Part shown: piece by piece, positions 1 through 8,836 of the stretch | How positions within the stretch are numbered: the first letter of the stretch is position 1 | Layout: each line of letters starts with the position of its first letter | From: a virus | Taxonomy: Duplodnaviria > Caudoviricetes | Length of the DNA: 46,303 bases | Reading direction: 5' to 3' (one strand) | IMG/VR virus record: IMGVR_UViG_3300016666_000387 | Coordinates: 1-46,303 of that record | Notes under the pieces: model-generated | Seen by the model: the letters and a program-made list of their open reading frames with translations, nothing else | What the model was told of the DNA's origin: nothing | The model's database searches: none | Program-made: the position numbers and the translations under genes

Positions 1-17
1 GATGCCGTCATGATCGC
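1..17 (+). repeat. Terminal overlap, left copy
   Basis: GATGCCGTCATGATCGC at 1-17 is identical to 46287-46303. Confidence 0.95.
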
Positions 18-72
18 TTTCAGCCTGGGCGGGAACGCGCTGGCCACATGGGAATTGCTCGGGGGCGGCTAA
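1..72 (+). CDS. terL: Terminase large subunit, C-terminal end (continues from the window end)
   Basis: Frame 1 reads DAVMIAFSLGGNALATWELLGGG*, the expected ...ADAVMIAF end of this TerL family. Confidence 0.85.
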   Translation, partial: DAVMIAFSLGGNALATWELLGGG

Positions 73-125
73 CTCGTGCTCCGTGTCGTTGTAGTGGTCC
101 TGGGCTTGGCGAAAAGCTGACTTGC

Positions 126-341
126 TCATAATCCCTCCAGTTTGATGCATTGGTAATCCTGCCAGACATATTGCCGTGCAGGGTCGGTTTCAGCCAGCAG
201 CGGGCCGCGCAGCAGTTGGCCGGCGTCGTCGCATGCCTTCGCCGTCAGTTCCGGGCGCGGCGAGATGTCCAAGCGCGAAAGCTGCGGGTCGAGGGTCTGG
301 GCGCCTTGGACGTACACGAAGAGAACTAGCGCCCAGATCAT
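126..341 (-). CDS. Small exported or membrane protein (hypothetical)
   Basis: MIWALVLFVYVQGAQ hydrophobic N-terminus, two Cys; ATGA overlap with the upstream gene at 338-341. Confidence 0.6.
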   Translation of the reverse strand: MIWALVLFVYVQGAQTLDPQLSRLDISPRPELTAKACDDAGQLLRGPLLAETDPARQYVWQDYQCIKLEGL

Positions 342-745
342 GATGCCGCCTTGGCAGCGATAGCGGCGATTTCGGTGCTTTTCAATGCCCGGATAATACT
401 CGCGCATTCACCCGCGTCCAACATGTGGTTTGCCCGCATGGTGGCGTCGTCAAACAATTCGATGACTTTCGCGGCAAATTCGTAGACTTCGTCCTTGGCA
501 TCGCCCTGCGCTGCTGGGGCGGCGCACCTGCCTGGAGTCCATGCGCCAATACAGGTGGCCATCGCCGCCACCTCAGCATCGACGATCGCCTGCGCGTCGC
601 GCGCCAGCTGTTCATTCTGTTCAGCAGATTGGAAGATGGCCAGCGGCCCAGCTGGCGCGTTTAACAAGGTCATAAGTTCGTCGTAGGATGGCAAACCGCG
701 CTCACCCGCGCGGTACTCTTCCAGCATTTGGCTCAGTTCGATCAT
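338..745 (-). CDS. Hypothetical early protein
   Basis: MIELSQMLEEYRAG..., GGAG RBS upstream, directly downstream of the promoter at 780-808. Confidence 0.7.
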   Translation of the reverse strand: MIELSQMLEEYRAGERGLPSYDELMTLLNAPAGPLAIFQSAEQNEQLARDAQAIVDAEVAAMATCIGAWTPGRCAAPAAQGDAKDEVYEFAAKVIELFDDATMRANHMLDAGECASIIRALKSTEIAAIAAKAAS

Positions 746-779
746 GATGAGTCGCTCCGGTTCGTTGTTAAGAGACTTC

Positions 780-808
780 ATATTAGATGAATTATTCACC
801 GTATGCAA
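780..808 (-). promoter_or_regulatory. Sigma70-type promoter (family A) with palindromic operator TGAATWATTCA in the spacer
   Basis: TTGCAT-17bp-TAATAT on the minus strand; 780-809 is identical to 5105-5134. Confidence 0.85.
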
Positions 809-832
809 GGAGTATTTGAGGCGAACGATAAA

Positions 833-861
833 TTGCCCGAGCCGTCAGTGCCGTATATACT
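833..861 (+). promoter_or_regulatory. Putative promoter for the portal operon
   Basis: TTGCCC-17bp-TATACT, 24 nt upstream of the portal ATG. Confidence 0.55.
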
Positions 862-885
862 GCGGGGAACTCTCGAAGGATACCC

Positions 886-2337
886 ATGGCCAGCAAGAAA
901 CAGCACCACCGCGTCTCGCAGCGCTCCGCCGACCAGGCGGCCACGATCCGCGCCCGCACGCAAGACGCGTTCGTCAACATGGGCGCGCGGGTCGGCTTTG
1001 GCGCCGGCAGCCAACAGGACGGCGGCCATTACCGCATCGACTTCATCTCGCGCAACCCGTACAACCTGGAGGCGGCGTACCGCTCGAACTGGCTGTGCGG
1101 TAAAGTTGTGGATGCCTTCGCTGAGGACATGACGCGCGAGGGAATCGAGCTGATGAGCGACGAGCTCAAGCCCGACGAGAACGAGCAAATGCTCAAGGCC
1201 TTTGAGACGCATAACATCTGGGGCGAGATGACCGACGGCATCCGCTGGGGCCGGCTGTATGGCGGCTGCGTCGTGGTGCTGCTGGTCGACGGCCAGGCGT
1301 TGAACACGCCGCTGCGCATCGAGACGGTCGGCAAAGACCAGTTCAAAGGAATCCTGGCCTTGGACCGGTACCAGGTCAACCCCTCCCTGCAAGACCCCGT
1401 GAAAGAGATCGGCCCGGACCTGGGCAAGCCCAAGTGGTACGACGTGGCGCCCGGCTCGAAAGCGCTGTCTGGCGAGCGCATCCATCATAGCCGCGTCATC
1501 CGCATTGACGGCCAGATCCTCCCCTGGCGCCAGGCGCTGGCGGAGAACGGCTGGGGCCAGTCCATCCTGGAGCGCTTGTGGGACCGCGTGATTGCCTTCG
1601 ACAGCACGAGCGAAGGCGCGGCCCAGCTCGTCTACAAGGCCCACTTGCGCACGCTCAAGATGAAGGGCTTCCGCGAAGCCGTAGCGCTGGGCGGCGCCGC
1701 GCTCAAGGGCATCATGGCCCAGCTGGAGATGATCCGCCAGTGGCAGACCAACGAGGGCTTGACCGTCTTGGACTCGAACGACGAGTTCGAGACGCACACG
1801 TACACCTTCGCGGGCCTATCGGATCTCATGCTCCAATTCGGCCAACAACTGAGCGGCGCCACGGGCATCCCCTTGGTCCGCCTGTTCGGCCAGGCCCCGG
1901 CCGGCTTGAACTCGACGGGCGAATCCGACTTCCGCCAGTATTACGACGAGATTGCCCAGGCGCAGGACCAGCGCTTGCGGCCCGGCATCGGCAAGATCCT
2001 GGCGTTGGAGCATCGTTCGTTGTTCGGCACCGACCTGCCCGACGGCTTCGCGTTTGAGTTCGTGCCGCTGTGGCAAATGACCGAAGAGGAAAAGGCCATC
2101 GTACTGGAGAAAAAGACCGCAGCCATTGTGCTGGCCTACGAATCAGGGCTTATCAGCGAGCAGACCGCCCTGCGCGAGCTGCGCCAAGCCAGCCGCACCA
2201 CGGGCGTATTCACAAACATCACGGACGAGGATATCGAAGCGGCCGACACGGAGCCGCCGAAGCCGGGCGAAGACCTCAAGACGTTGCCAGTGCCCGGCGC
2301 GGCCGCCAAAGCCGACCCGCAGCTTGAGGGCGCGTAA
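886..2337 (+). CDS. Portal protein (DUF1073-type)
   Basis: 483 aa; YRSNWLCGKVVD..AEDMTREG, WGRLYGG, IHHSRVIR, GWGQSILE and GIPLVRLFGQAPAGLNSTGESD motifs; follows terL. Confidence 0.9.
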   Translation: MASKKQHHRVSQRSADQAATIRARTQDAFVNMGARVGFGAGSQQDGGHYRIDFISRNPYNLEAAYRSNWLCGKVVDAFAEDMTREGIELMSDELKPDENEQMLKAFETHNIWGEMTDGIRWGRLYGGCVVVLLVDGQALNTPLRIETVGKDQFKGILALDRYQVNPSLQDPVKEIGPDLGKPKWYDVAPGSKALSGERIHHSRVIRIDGQILPWRQALAENGWGQSILERLWDRVIAFDSTSEGAAQLVYKAHLRTLKMKGFREAVALGGAALKGIMAQLEMIRQWQTNEGLTVLDSNDEFETHTYTFAGLSDLMLQFGQQLSGATGIPLVRLFGQAPAGLNSTGESDFRQYYDEIAQAQDQRLRPGIGKILALEHRSLFGTDLPDGFAFEFVPLWQMTEEEKAIVLEKKTAAIVLAYESGLISEQTALRELRQASRTTGVFTNITDEDIEAADTEPPKPGEDLKTLPVPGAAAKADPQLEGA

Positions 2338-3059
2338 TGGCCGGCCGGGGCAAAGCGCCGCGCACGGCGTCAATTGAACGCAAGTATGCGCGCCAGTTGA
2401 TGAAGGTTGCGCGCCACGTGGGCGATATCGTCAATGGCTTTCCGACGGCCGACCCGGCCAGCGTGGCGCCGATCCAACGCGCCCTGGGCGACTATTCGGA
2501 GCTCATCACGGGCTGGGCCGCGCAACAGGCCACGGAGATGCTGCAGGCGGTCAACCGGCTCGATGAGGCGGCGTGGCGCGCGCGTAGCGTTGAGATGGCG
2601 GCATGGATGCGCCGGGAGTTGCGCGAGACGCCCGTCGGCCAGCTGATGCGCATGCGCCTGGACGAGCAAGTCCACTTGATCAAGTCTTTGCCCATCGACG
2701 CCGGCCGCCGCGTGCACGATCTCACCATCGAGGCGCTGGAGAACAGCGGGCGCGCCGCCGAGATCGCCAAGGAGATTGAGCGCACCACCCATGTGACCAA
2801 GAGCCGCGCCCAGCTGATCGCCCGCACGGAGGTAGCGCGCACATCCGCCGAACTGGTTGAGGCACGCTCGACGCACATCGGGGCTGAGGGCTATATCTGG
2901 CGCACCAGCGAGGACGGCGACGTGCGCGACTCGCACAAGGAAATGAACGGCAAGTATGTGCCGTGGAGCACGCCGCCCACTTTGAGCGACGGCACCACGA
3001 CGCACGCCGGCATGATTTACAACTGCCGCTGCTACCCGGATCCGGTTATTCCAGAGTAG
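2337..3059 (+). CDS. Minor head morphogenesis protein (Mu gpF/SPP1 gp7-like)
   Basis: RAQLIARTE, YIWRTSEDGDVRDSH and YNCRC motifs. Confidence 0.9.
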   Translation: MAGRGKAPRTASIERKYARQLMKVARHVGDIVNGFPTADPASVAPIQRALGDYSELITGWAAQQATEMLQAVNRLDEAAWRARSVEMAAWMRRELRETPVGQLMRMRLDEQVHLIKSLPIDAGRRVHDLTIEALENSGRAAEIAKEIERTTHVTKSRAQLIARTEVARTSAELVEARSTHIGAEGYIWRTSEDGDVRDSHKEMNGKYVPWSTPPTLSDGTTTHAGMIYNCRCYPDPVIPE

Positions 3060-3321
3060 GCGGCCAATACGCGACGGGTACGAATTGATGCCCTACCGCA
3101 CCAGCGTGGCCACCCTTGGACCAACGTTCGGCGAGAGATTCGTTAGTGTTGGCTTGCGGGTAGCGATCAACTTGCGGGCCACGCACGCGGCGGCGTGGGA
3201 CGTCGTAACTCAAGGCGCCTCCGCCAGGCCCAAGTATCCAAAAATGGTTGAGTATGCATACATAGCCCGCTTTCGGCGTACTCAATTCTGCGAGCGGGAT
3301 CTCGTTGAAAGTGCCTTTCAT
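3046..3321 (-). CDS. Hypothetical protein
   Basis: MKGTFNEIPL..., ATGA-coupled to 3318-3551. Confidence 0.6.
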   Translation of the reverse strand: MKGTFNEIPLAELSTPKAGYVCILNHFWILGPGGGALSYDVPRRRVRGPQVDRYPQANTNESLAERWSKGGHAGAVGHQFVPVAYWPPTLE

Positions 3322-3551
3322 GACGCATCTCCCGCAGCCACATGGCCGAGACCCGAGTCGTTCGCTTGCGCAGGCACGACGCCCGCCCGGTTCTTGCCAC
3401 AGGTTCCGCAGGTAATGGCCGGCAGGACGTGATCGTGGTAATAGGCATCGTCGTAGCCGGTGCTGAGTTTCTGGGTATTGCCGCAATGCTCGCATTCCAA
3501 GAGCGCCGTAAAATCGCGGTTATGGGCGGACAAAAGGTCTTTGATCTTCAT
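3318..3551 (-). CDS. Small zinc-ribbon protein
   Basis: CEHC...CGTC pairs; GGAG RBS upstream. Confidence 0.75.
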   Translation of the reverse strand: MKIKDLLSAHNRDFTALLECEHCGNTQKLSTGYDDAYYHDHVLPAITCGTCGKNRAGVVPAQANDSGLGHVAAGDAS

Positions 3552-3605
3552 GATTCTATTTCTCCAGTTTAAAATGTTGTTGCAAAAATGCGACGTCTTC
3601 GCGGG

Positions 3606-3974
3606 TTAAGAAATGTAGGGAACCCAAGCCAGCGCGCCACCCGCTTTGGTGCGTTCGTAATGGCCATGCCATTCGCCAAGCTTGAACACCAGGCCCTTGA
3701 GCGCTGGCGCGTCGGATACGTCCAGCGCCTTACCGTCGAAAGGACCGCCCTTGCAGCCCAGCACCACATGTGCCGGCTTGCTGATCGTGTTCGGCTTGAC
3801 ATGCGCAGGGAAGACGGGCGCGGCGCCTGGCTTGAATTTGAACGTCGCCGGGACGCGCGGCGGCGTGTACCACTTCGGTTTGGGCATCGGCTTTTTCGAC
3901 GAGCGCAGCATTTGCAAACGTGCGATCTCGTTTTCGTCTAGTGGAGTGTCCCGCATTTTTGCGTTCAATTCCAT
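3606..3974 (-). CDS. Hypothetical basic protein
   Basis: MELNAKMRD..., GGAGG RBS upstream. Confidence 0.65.
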   Translation of the reverse strand: MELNAKMRDTPLDENEIARLQMLRSSKKPMPKPKWYTPPRVPATFKFKPGAAPVFPAHVKPNTISKPAHVVLGCKGGPFDGKALDVSDAPALKGLVFKLGEWHGHYERTKAGGALAWVPYIS

Positions 3975-4054
3975 GTCAATACCTCCTTGATGAGCCAGGC
4001 GGCCCACGTGCCGAGGGTGGCGCACGCGAGCAGGAAGGCGGGTTGTTTAAACAC
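3965..4054 (-). CDS. Putative 29-aa membrane peptide
   Basis: GTG start overlapping the clamp stop; VFKQPAFLLACATLGTWAAWLIKEVLTWN fills the gap between neighbours. Confidence 0.4.
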   Translation of the reverse strand: MFKQPAFLLACATLGTWAAWLIKEVLTWN

Positions 4055-4619
4055 GCTCGTGGCCCCATTGTTCCAGGCCAGTGTCGGGCATTTTCTCGGT
4101 AAAGACGCGCAACGGCATGAGCACGCCGACAAAGTCATGATCCCCGTAGAACTGGACTTGCGCTGCGCCGTCGCCATTGTGGCGAACGATCGGTTGGGTT
4201 TTGTGCCCGAGCGCTTTGCCAATCTTGCGGAACTTGCCCAACAGGTCAACATTGAATTGAGAAGATTCGCCGCTGGCTTTGCAGGGGATGATGCGACGGT
4301 AGTCAGGGAACACGCCATTAATCGGGGTAAAGATGGCGGCACCGAGGCGCCACTGGTTGCCTTCGCACTCCAATTCAAGCACAGATGCTTTGCCGGACAA
4401 GGCCAGCGTAACGGCGTCGGAAGGAATGATGACGTCAACCAAATGGCCTGTATTTCCTGCGGTACGGAAGACCGCCGCGCAATGGCCATCCGTGGCGGCG
4501 ATGCGAATTTCGGAAGGCGCGATTTCGACCAGTAGGCCATTCAAATAGTAGCGAATGTCGTTGACCGCTGCGCAGCAAAGCGCAGCTTTCAAGTGTTTGG
4601 CGTTCAGAGTAACTTTCAT
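4047..4619 (-). CDS. DNA polymerase III beta sliding-clamp-like protein (partial DnaN homolog)
   Basis: DIRYYLNGLL, AATDGH, GVFPDYRRIIP and C-terminal VLMPLR motifs of DnaN; only 190 aa. Confidence 0.88.
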   Translation of the reverse strand: MKVTLNAKHLKAALCCAAVNDIRYYLNGLLVEIAPSEIRIAATDGHCAAVFRTAGNTGHLVDVIIPSDAVTLALSGKASVLELECEGNQWRLGAAIFTPINGVFPDYRRIIPCKASGESSQFNVDLLGKFRKIGKALGHKTQPIVRHNGDGAAQVQFYGDHDFVGVLMPLRVFTEKMPDTGLEQWGHERV

Positions 4620-4644
4620 GATTCGGTTCCTTGTGGTTGGTTGG

Positions 4645-4660
4645 GCCCGCCGAAGCGGGC
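4645..4660 (-). other. cUUCGg hairpin between early genes (no U-tract)
   Basis: Minus strand GCCCGC-TTCG-GCGGGC. Confidence 0.6.
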
Positions 4661-4667
4661 GGTTGGG

Positions 4668-5066
4668 TTAATTTATTTCGTACCCTGCGATGCGAAATTG
4701 GGATGCCAATTCTTTACGTTTTTCGTCAGCGGCGCGCCCTGCGTCACGGACAAATTCAGCAAAAGCCTTACCTGGGCGAATTCCAAGGCGGCTTGCTTCG
4801 GCCAATTTAACGGCGTACCCGATAGCCTCATTACTATGACGGTAGCGAATCGTTGCCGTTTTCACGTTGGCGTCATGGGCGCGTTTGGCTTCACTGCGGA
4901 TTTCTTTGGCCCCGCGGCCGCTATGGCGAGTAGCGCAGATTGAGCCAAAGTACATTACCTCACCGTCGTCGCGTTCCATTGCGACCGTCGATTTCAGATT
5001 CTGCTTACCGCAGCAATCGCAAGAGGTCACATCGTCAACGATTGCCAGCGTGGTGTAAGTTGCCAT
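4668..5066 (-). CDS. Hypothetical Cys-rich (Zn-binding) early protein
   Basis: CDCCGK...FGSIC; GGAG RBS; first gene after the promoter at 5105-5133. Confidence 0.8.
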   Translation of the reverse strand: MATYTTLAIVDDVTSCDCCGKQNLKSTVAMERDDGEVMYFGSICATRHSGRGAKEIRSEAKRAHDANVKTATIRYRHSNEAIGYAVKLAEASRLGIRPGKAFAEFVRDAGRAADEKRKELASQFRIAGYEIN

Positions 5067-5104
5067 GTTGCTTCTCCAGTCGGGTTTGTGCTGCTGATGT
5101 ACGT

Positions 5105-5133
5105 ATATTAGATGAATTATTCACCGTATGCAA
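5105..5133 (-). promoter_or_regulatory. Sigma70-type promoter (family A) with spacer operator
   Basis: TTGCAT-17bp-TAATAT; TGAATTATTCA at 5113-5123. Confidence 0.85.
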
Positions 5134-5220
5134 GTGTTATTTGCGACGAGGTAATAATTTTCTGTATTGATTTTCCGCAGCATGATATAAAGGCGCATTC
5201 ATACCGGCCGAGCCACGTAA

Positions 5221-6393
5221 ATGCAATTCCTGACCGTCGAGCAGTTAAGCCCCAAACAGTCGATGACCCCCGAGGGGTTTCTGCTGTGCGAGGCCGTGCC
5301 CATCGCCCGGACCGGCAGTCAACTCTACGCCGGCCATGAGCTGCCCGACCTAGAGCCAGGCCCGGACGGCTTGATTACCGTCATGCGGGAGGCGGCGGAT
5401 GTGTTCCGCCCCGAAACCATGGCCAGCTTCGAAGGCAAGTCAATCACTATTCGCCACACGTTCGTGGACTCGGGCAACGTGCGCATGCACGAAGTTGGCC
5501 ACATGCAGAACATTCGGCAAAGCGCCGACGAGTCTGACCTGCTCCTGGCCGACTTCCTGATCAAAGACGCGCATGCCATCCGTACCGCCAAGAGCATGCG
5601 CGAGGTGTCGTGTGGTTACGACGCCGACTACGAGCAAGACACGCCCGGCCTGGCGTACCAGCGCAACATTATCGGCAACCATGTGGCACTGGTCGAGCGC
5701 GGTCGCGCCGGCCCGCGCTGTTCAATCCAAGACGAGGAAATCATGTCCAAACCAAAAAACACCTTGCTGGCGCGCCTGCTGCTGGCAGTCCGTTCGGGCG
5801 ATGCCGCCCTGCAAAAACGCGTCGCGGACGAGGCGGAAGCCGAAGAAGCAGCGGAAGAGCAGCGCGTGGCTGACGCGGCCGCCGCTGAGAAGGACCAGAA
5901 AACCGCCGACTCAATCGCCAAGCTGACGCAAACCGTCGACAGCATGGGTCTGATCCTGGCCAAACTGGTCAAGTCCAAGGACGAAGGTCTGGAAGAATCG
6001 ACCAGCGCAACGAAGATCGCGGACGAAGACGACCCGGACGCCAAGAAAACCATGGACGCCGCCTTGAGCCTGGCCGAAGTGCTGGCGCCCGGTATCCGCG
6101 TCATGACCGGCGATACCGTGGCCACGCTGCGCAAAGCCGCCCTGGTGCAGGCTACCCGCACGCCTGACACGCTGGCCGTGCTGCAACCGCTGCTGGCCGG
6201 CCGCACCGTCGATAGCCTGACGGAAGATGCCGCGCAAGTCATTTTCACCGCTGGCGCCCAGCTGATGAAGGCCAAGAACACCGGCAACGTCGCTGTGCAC
6301 AACGGCGCTCGTACCCGCGACTTTGGCGCGGCCCCAATCACCCCGGCGGAAATCAACAAAGCAAACGCCGAATTCTGGAAATCCCGCGCCTAA
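5221..6393 (+). CDS. Prohead protease/scaffold (DUF2213)
   Basis: TPEGFLLC..VPIARTG, SFEGKSIT..H, EVSCGYDADY and GNHVALVERGRAGPRCSI motifs; helical C-terminal scaffold. Confidence 0.9.
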   Translation: MQFLTVEQLSPKQSMTPEGFLLCEAVPIARTGSQLYAGHELPDLEPGPDGLITVMREAADVFRPETMASFEGKSITIRHTFVDSGNVRMHEVGHMQNIRQSADESDLLLADFLIKDAHAIRTAKSMREVSCGYDADYEQDTPGLAYQRNIIGNHVALVERGRAGPRCSIQDEEIMSKPKNTLLARLLLAVRSGDAALQKRVADEAEAEEAAEEQRVADAAAAEKDQKTADSIAKLTQTVDSMGLILAKLVKSKDEGLEESTSATKIADEDDPDAKKTMDAALSLAEVLAPGIRVMTGDTVATLRKAALVQATRTPDTLAVLQPLLAGRTVDSLTEDAAQVIFTAGAQLMKAKNTGNVAVHNGARTRDFGAAPITPAEINKANAEFWKSRA

Positions 6394-6408
6394 AAGGAGC
6401 AATACATC

Positions 6409-6894
6409 ATGGCAAGCAACGCACTTCTGAAACGCATGGCGTCGGGTATCCCCGGCGATATCTCCCGCCGTGGCGTCACCACCGTCGAGCCAACCGTCAC
6501 CAACCCGACCGGCGCGCCGTTCTCGGCGTATGGCCTGCCGGGCAAGCTGGTTTCCGGCGTCTTCCTGCCCTTCGTGGCTGGCGATGCTGGTACGCTGATC
6601 GCGGGCTTCCTGGTCCGTCCCTACCCTACCCAGACGGCAAACGCCAATGGCACGGGCGTTAATACCGGCGTCGTGCAGGACCGCATGCGCCGCGGCTGGA
6701 TGACCGTCAAGGTCCAACTGGGCACGGCGGCTATCGGCAATCCGGTCTACGTGCGCAATGCCAGCGCCGTGGCGGGCCAGATCATCGGCGGCCTGGAAGC
6801 GGGCACGACGGCAAACAACTCGGTCATCCCCGGCGCGTACTTCTCCAGCGCCGCCGATGCCGACGGCAATGCCGAAATCGAATTCAACATCTAA
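6409..6894 (+). CDS. Head decoration/cement protein
   Basis: Between protease and MCP; RMASGIPGDISR...GFLVRPYP...AEIEFNI. Confidence 0.8.
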   Translation: MASNALLKRMASGIPGDISRRGVTTVEPTVTNPTGAPFSAYGLPGKLVSGVFLPFVAGDAGTLIAGFLVRPYPTQTANANGTGVNTGVVQDRMRRGWMTVKVQLGTAAIGNPVYVRNASAVAGQIIGGLEAGTTANNSVIPGAYFSSAADADGNAEIEFNI

Positions 6895-6909
6895 CCGGAG
6901 CGCCCGAAC

Positions 6910-7953
6910 ATGAAACAACAAAAACTCCTGGTTGCTCGCACGATGGCGCAAGCCACCTCGGCGGCCTTCGCCCCGCGCCGTGTGCGTCAATCGACCAACG
7001 ATGGCATGATGACCTTCGACAGCAAGACCATCGACAGCGCCGGTGCGTTCCTGATCGGCGAGCTCGAAAAGCTCGATCCGACCCTGAATATGCCGCTGGT
7101 CGACGTCACCTGGTCGCGCGATATCCAGCTGCGCGAAGATGTGACCATCGCCGACGAGCGCTCCTCGTTCACCAACTCGTTCTTTGCTGCAGCTGGCGGA
7201 CCTTCGCCGACGGGTAAGAACTGGGTCGGCAAGGACTCGAACGCCATTCGCGGCATCGCCCTGGACATCGGCAAGACCGATCAGCCCTTGAGCCTGTGGG
7301 CCATGGAGCTGGGCTGGTCCGTGCCGGAACTGGAAAGCGCCGCCCGCCTGGGCCGCCCTGTCGATACCCAAAAGGTCGAGGGCATGGAGCTGAAACGCCA
7401 GATGGACATCGATGAACAGGTCTACATCGGCGACTCGGTGCTGGGTGTCACGGGCCTGATCAACAACACGGGCGTGGATTTGGCGAACATCACCGGCGCC
7501 AACTGGGCATTGCCCACGACCACGGCGGACTCGATCCTGGCCGACGTCAATGCGCTGTTGGCGCGTGCCTGGAAGAACGCCGGCTATGCGTTGGCGCCGA
7601 CCGACCTGCTGCTGCCGCCGCTGAAATTCGGCGTGCTGGTTTCGCGTAAAGTGTCCGATGCCGGTAATATTTCGGTGCTGGAATACGTCCGCATGAACTG
7701 CATTTCGATGGCCAAGAACGGTCGCCCGCTCAACATCATGCCGGTCAAATGGCTGGAAGGCGCTGGCGCTGCCGGTGCCGACCGTATGGTGGCGTACACG
7801 AACGACCGCAAGCGCGTGCGCTTCCCGCTGGTCCCCGTGCAGCGCACGCCGCTGGAGTACCGTTCGCTCAATCAGCTGGTGACGTATTTCTGCCGCCTGG
7901 GCGTGGTCGAGTGGGTCTACCCTGAATCCGGCGCCTACGCGGACGGCATCTAA
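6910..7953 (+). CDS. Major capsid protein (DUF2184-type)
   Basis: GAFLIGELEKLD, TWSRDIQLREDV, VYIGD and DRMVAY motifs; 347 aa; followed by a hairpin. Confidence 0.92.
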   Translation: MKQQKLLVARTMAQATSAAFAPRRVRQSTNDGMMTFDSKTIDSAGAFLIGELEKLDPTLNMPLVDVTWSRDIQLREDVTIADERSSFTNSFFAAAGGPSPTGKNWVGKDSNAIRGIALDIGKTDQPLSLWAMELGWSVPELESAARLGRPVDTQKVEGMELKRQMDIDEQVYIGDSVLGVTGLINNTGVDLANITGANWALPTTTADSILADVNALLARAWKNAGYALAPTDLLLPPLKFGVLVSRKVSDAGNISVLEYVRMNCISMAKNGRPLNIMPVKWLEGAGAAGADRMVAYTNDRKRVRFPLVPVQRTPLEYRSLNQLVTYFCRLGVVEWVYPESGAYADGI

Positions 7954-7958
7954 ACGAC

Positions 7959-7980
7959 GGGGCGGTTTCGGCCGCCCCTT
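7959..7980 (+). terminator. Stem-loop after MCP (weak intrinsic terminator)
   Basis: GGGGCGGT-TTCG-GCCGCCCC then TT. Confidence 0.65.
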
Positions 7981-8000
7981 CCACATCCTCAAGGACTCCC

Positions 8001-8453
8001 ATGAAATCCATCCATATCACCCGCAATATCACCCTGCAGCGCGAAGGTCAAGAAGACGTCGTACTGCAGAAGGGCCACCACACGGTTGCCGATGACGTGG
8101 CCGAACACCCGTTCGTCAAGCACCACACCTCGTCCGTTGCTGACGCGGGCGCCGACACGGCCGACCTGCAGGCGCTGCTGGACCAAACGCGCATTGCCGC
8201 GCAATCCGAGATCGAGCATCTGCGCGCCGACTTGGAGCATGGCCGCATGCTGCTGCAAGGCGCTCACGATGAGGCGGCGGACCTGCGTACCGCATTGAAC
8301 GCGTCCAATACGGATTTGGCCGGTGCCCTTCAGCGCGCGGGTACGGCCGAGCAAGCCCTGGCCGCCGCGCAAGCCACGATCACCGAACAGCAGACGACCC
8401 TGGCCGCATACGCCGCCATGACGCCGGCCGCTGACACGAAGGCCAAGAAGTAA
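8001..8453 (+). CDS. Virion-associated hypothetical protein with coiled-coil C-terminus
   Basis: GHHTVADDVAEHPFVKHH N-domain typical of the post-MCP gene; heptad-rich tail. Confidence 0.7.
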   Translation: MKSIHITRNITLQREGQEDVVLQKGHHTVADDVAEHPFVKHHTSSVADAGADTADLQALLDQTRIAAQSEIEHLRADLEHGRMLLQGAHDEAADLRTALNASNTDLAGALQRAGTAEQALAAAQATITEQQTTLAAYAAMTPAADTKAKK

Positions 8454-8836
8454 TGGACGTCGCAACCTTCCGCCAGGACTTCCCCGAGTTCGCTGACACG
8501 ACGGCTTACACCGACGCGGCTGTGCAACGCTGGATCACTTTGGCGGAAAAGTTGCTTCCAGAATGTCGCTGGGCTGATCTCTGGCCGCTGGGCACTGAGC
8601 TTTTCACCGCGCATTACCTCGTGACTGGCGCGCGCGCCATGAAGGCGGCCGCGTCAGGCGTGGGCTTGGGCGGCACTGGCGCGCCGATCTCCTCGAAGTC
8701 CGTCGACAAGGTGAGCGTGGCCTACGACAATACCCTCGTGTCGCTGGAGGATGCCGGATTCTGGGGCACCACCGGGTACGGTATCCAGTTCTTGCAATGG
8801 GCGCGCCTGGTCGGCATGGGCGGCCTGCAACTGTGA
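8453..8836 (+). CDS. Head-tail adaptor (DUF4054)
   Basis: FRQDFPEFAD, LFTAHYL, SKSVDKVSVAYD and WGTTGYGIQF motifs. Confidence 0.88.
   Translation: MDVATFRQDFPEFADTTAYTDAAVQRWITLAEKLLPECRWADLWPLGTELFTAHYLVTGARAMKAAASGVGLGGTGAPISSKSVDKVSVAYDNTLVSLEDAGFWGTTGYGIQFLQWARLVGMGGLQL

Noticed and set aside
1-17. 17-bp terminal repeat as attL/attR or as a physical terminal repeat
   Set aside because: It lies inside terL, there is no integrase or host flank, and it is best explained as circular assembly overlap
886-2337. DUF1073 protein as an anti-CBASS Acb1-family protein (a label sometimes applied to this family)
   Set aside because: No paired 2H catalytic domain recognisable; size and position between terL and the head genes identify it as the portal
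5911-7992. Long antisense ORFs (5911-7992, 10383-11819, 31900-33414, 38084-39424, 796-1797, 44372-45397 and others)
   Set aside because: Shadow frames of GC-rich, codon-biased genes on the opposite strand; no recognisable motifs
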